From: Eledone cirrhosa
Taxonomy: Eukaryota
DNA length: 64,000 nucleotides
Direction: 5' to 3'
NCBI GenBank assembly: GCA_964016885.1
Contig: OZ024760.1
Coordinates: 13,516,001 to 13,580,000, forward strand
Each line of letters starts with the position of its first letter. Positions within the stretch are counted from its first letter, which is position 1. The notes under the pieces are model-generated. The model searched no databases and was not told the origin of the DNA. It saw only the letters and a program-made list of their open reading frames with translations. A program made the translations under genes and the position numbers. Positions 60,806-64,000 of this stretch are shown here, in pieces.

Positions 60806-61008
60806 TTATATATTTGATATATATTTATCCTTATCGAGCCCACTTTGGATTTTAGTCTTCAAATTTATTTTTATTATTATTTCTATTATTTCTTTCTCTC
60901 TCTCTCTATCTATTATATATATATATATATATTCCATTTTGACGTTATAGTCACTTATATATTATGAAATACTGTTGGCTTCATGTTCACAATAATTTTT
61001 ATACTTTC

Positions 61009-61083
<75 letters not shown>

Positions 61084-61479
61084 CATATATATAATACATA
61101 CACACGAACATATATATATATATATATGTGCGTGTGTATGTATTATATATATGAGTATGTATATGTAAATAAAAATATATATATATATATATATTTATAC
61201 ACACACACATTATATATGTATATATACATATACACACACATTATATATGTATATATACATATATATATACACACACATATATATATATTTCTTCCATCAC
61301 AGTTGTAGCTGTCTCCACATATATTCCCTTCTGGAGTAGATTAACAGTAATAAGTTTTCTCCCAAACAATCAGATAATCCAGCTTAACTAAATAGGAATA
61401 ATATTGATAATAACTGAGTTGCTTCTTTACAGAGAAAACACTATAACTGATGAGATCTTGTATAACAGTGTATAGTAGT

Positions 61480-63060
61480 GTTGTGGTGGTATGGTGGTGG
61501 TGGTGTTGTTGTTGGTGGTGGTGGTGGTGGTGGTGGTGGTTTTATTGGTGCTGGTATTGGTGGTGTTGGTAGTGGTGGTATTGGTGGTATTGGTGGTGGT
61601 ATTGGTGGTGGTATTGGTGGTGGTATTAGTGGTGGAGATGGTGGTATTGGTGGTGTTGGTGGTGGTATGGTGGTGGAAGTGGTGGTATTGGTGGTGGTAT
61701 TAGTGGTGGAGATGGTGGTATTGGTGGTGTTGGTGGTGGTATTGGTGGTGGAAGTGGTGGTATTGGTGGTGGTAGTGGTGGTATTGGTGGTGGTATTGGT
61801 GGTGGTGGTGGTGGTATTGGTGGTGTTGGTGGTATTGGTGGTAGTGTTTGTGGTGGTATTGGTGGTGGTGTTGGTGGTGGTGGTGGTGGTATTGGTGGTG
61901 GTGGTGGTGGTAGTATTGGTGGTGGTGAGGGTGGTGGTGGTATTGGTGGTAGTGTTTGTGGTGGTATTGGTGGTGGTGTTGGTGGTGGTATTGGTGGTGG
62001 TGTTGGTGGTGGTGGTGGTGGTGGTATTGGTGGTGGTGGTAGTATTGGTGGTGGTGAGGGTGGTGGTGGTATTGGTGGTGCTATTGGTGGTGGTGGTATT
62101 GGTGGTGGTGGTGGTATTGGTGGTGGTGTTGGTGGTGATGGTGGTGGTATTGGTGGTGGTGGTAGTATTGGTGGTGGTGAGGGTGGTGGTGGTATTGGTG
62201 GTGGTGTTGGTGGTGGTGTTGGTGGTGGTATTGGTGGTGGTGGTGGTATTGGTGGTGGTGATGGTATTGGTGGTGGTATTGGTGGTGGTGATGGTGGTAT
62301 TGGTGGTGGTGTTGGTGGTGGTGTTGGTGGTGGTATTGGTGGTGGTGATGGTGGTGGTGGTGTTGGTGGTGGTATTGGTGGTGGTGTTGGTGGTGGTATT
62401 GGTGGTGGTGGTGTTGGTGGTGGTATTGGTGGTGGTATTGGTGGTGGTGTTGGTGGTGGTGGTGTTGGTGGTGGTATTGGTGGTGGTGTTGGTGGTGGTG
62501 TTGGTGGTGGTATTGGTGGTGGTATTGGTGATGGTATTGGTGGTGGTGTTGGTGGTGGTGGTGTTGGTGGTGGTATTGGTGGTGGTATTGGTGATGGTAT
62601 TGGTGGTGGTGTTGGTGGTGGTGGTGTTGGTGGTGGTATTGGTGATGGTATTGGTGGTGGTATTGGTGGTGGTGTTGGTGGTGGTGGTGTTGGTGGTGGT
62701 ATTGGTGGTGGTGTTGGTGGTGGTGTTGGTGGTGGTATTGGTGGTGGTATTGGTGATGGTATTGGTGGTGGTGTTGGTGGTGGTGGTGTTGGTGGTGGTA
62801 TTGGTGGTGGTATTGGTGGTGGTGATGGTGGTGGTGGTGTTGGTGGTGGTATTGGTGGTGGTGGTGTTGGTGGTGGTATTGGTGGTGGTATTGATGGTGG
62901 TGGTAGTATTGGTGGTGGTATTGGTTGTGGTATTGATGGTGGTGGTGGTGGTGATTGTGGTGGTATTGGTGGTGGTGTTGGTGGTGGTGGTATTGGTGGT
63001 GGTATTCATGGTGGTATTCGTGGTGGTGGTATTGGTGGTGGTATTGGTGGGGGTTTGGCA
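61480..63060. repeat. (GGT)n-based compound tract
   Basis: Visible directly in the sequence; source of the 522-aa and 528-aa low-complexity ORFs. Confidence 0.95.
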
Positions 63061-63230
63061 ATGATGGCAGGGGTGGTGGTGGTGCTTGTTGTTGTTTGGT
63101 GGTGGTTTGGTAGGGAGGCTGCCATCTTGTCCTTCAGCAAGTTACTTGCTTTAACACCAGTTTCATTGAAGAGGGAGGCAATTGTTCTGCAGATAGTTAA
63201 CCCATGAAACCGTATCTAGCACCTTACTGT

Positions 63231-63351
63231 AGGTACACATTGTAGGGCTAGCCTAGGGTACTATATATGCATGTACACATTGTAGGGCTAGCATAGGGTA
63301 CTATATACCCAGGTACACATTGTAGGGCTAGCCGAAGGTACTATATACCCA
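63231..63351. repeat. 40-bp tandem repeat, 3 copies
   Basis: gtacacattgtagggctagc...ggtactatata occurs three times. Confidence 0.9.
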
Positions 63352-64000
63352 GAAGCTTACTCCTCTCCCAAGAGAGAGAGAGAGAAAGTGTGTGTGGCCC
63401 CTAATCTATAGCTTATTTAGCATGGATTACAAGTCCAGCATGGATTACAACCTAAGGTGATTGTGTTCCATGTAGCAGAGAACATTGATAAAATAAACAG
63501 AAGACAACCTACAACATGATTATGAACAAGTCACTGATCATTATGGGTGTGGGAAGATGTCGCCATGTGGTGAATGGAAAAAATAGCCCCCACCCCCCAA
63601 AAAAAAGACAGAAAGAGACAAAAAAAATGTCCATTGCAAACTAATTAGATAAATGAAGCTACTTCTGTGTGCAAGGAAAAATGGTGAATTGCCTGAGTGA
63701 TTTATTGTTCAAATGAAAACGGATAATGACTTCGATATAAAGATATAAAAACTATGAAAAAAAAGAAAGAAAAAAAAAGAAAATAAGAAAAGAATAAAAT
63801 AACAAATTAAAGTCAGTGAGATGTTAGAGTCATTCAATGTTGCTAATTTAATTTTAACTGAACTTCCTCAAATATATATTAGATTCAATTCAGTTCTTCA
63901 TTAAATTTTTGTTTTTATTTTTATTTTATTTTCATTTTTATTTATTTATTTTGTTTATTTAATATTATTTTATTTTATATTCATTTTGCTTATTTTATTT

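Noticed and set aside
63060-63225. Open minus frame IRFHGLTICRTIASLFNETG...
   Set aside because: No recognisable domain or splice signals, and it runs into the microsatellite.

Overview
AT-rich, microsatellite-saturated eukaryotic intergenic or intronic DNA. The repeat families resemble those I recognise from octopus/cephalopod genomes (inference, not confirmed). No host protein-coding gene can be supported: the long ORFs are translations of (TA/CA)n, (CT)n and (CCA/GGT)n tracts, and the only real protein-like ORFs are 5'-truncated non-LTR retrotransposon fragments (RTE clade, R4/Dong-like). tRNA-derived SINEs, small MITEs and minisatellites are abundant. The notable signal is non-coding. By eye I find about 20 Type I hammerhead-ribozyme (HHR) motifs in several unrelated short-element families, most of them inserted in (TA)n. 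The clearest is a 2.6-kb array (56360-58938) of near-identical 310-bp units, each complete unit carrying a HHR, with an inverted left part. This is the architecture of a non-LTR retrozyme (a circular-RNA-producing, Penelope-associated non-autonomous retroelement). A second, unrelated retrozyme-like unit lies at about 54037-54480. All folds were assigned manually and have not been computed.
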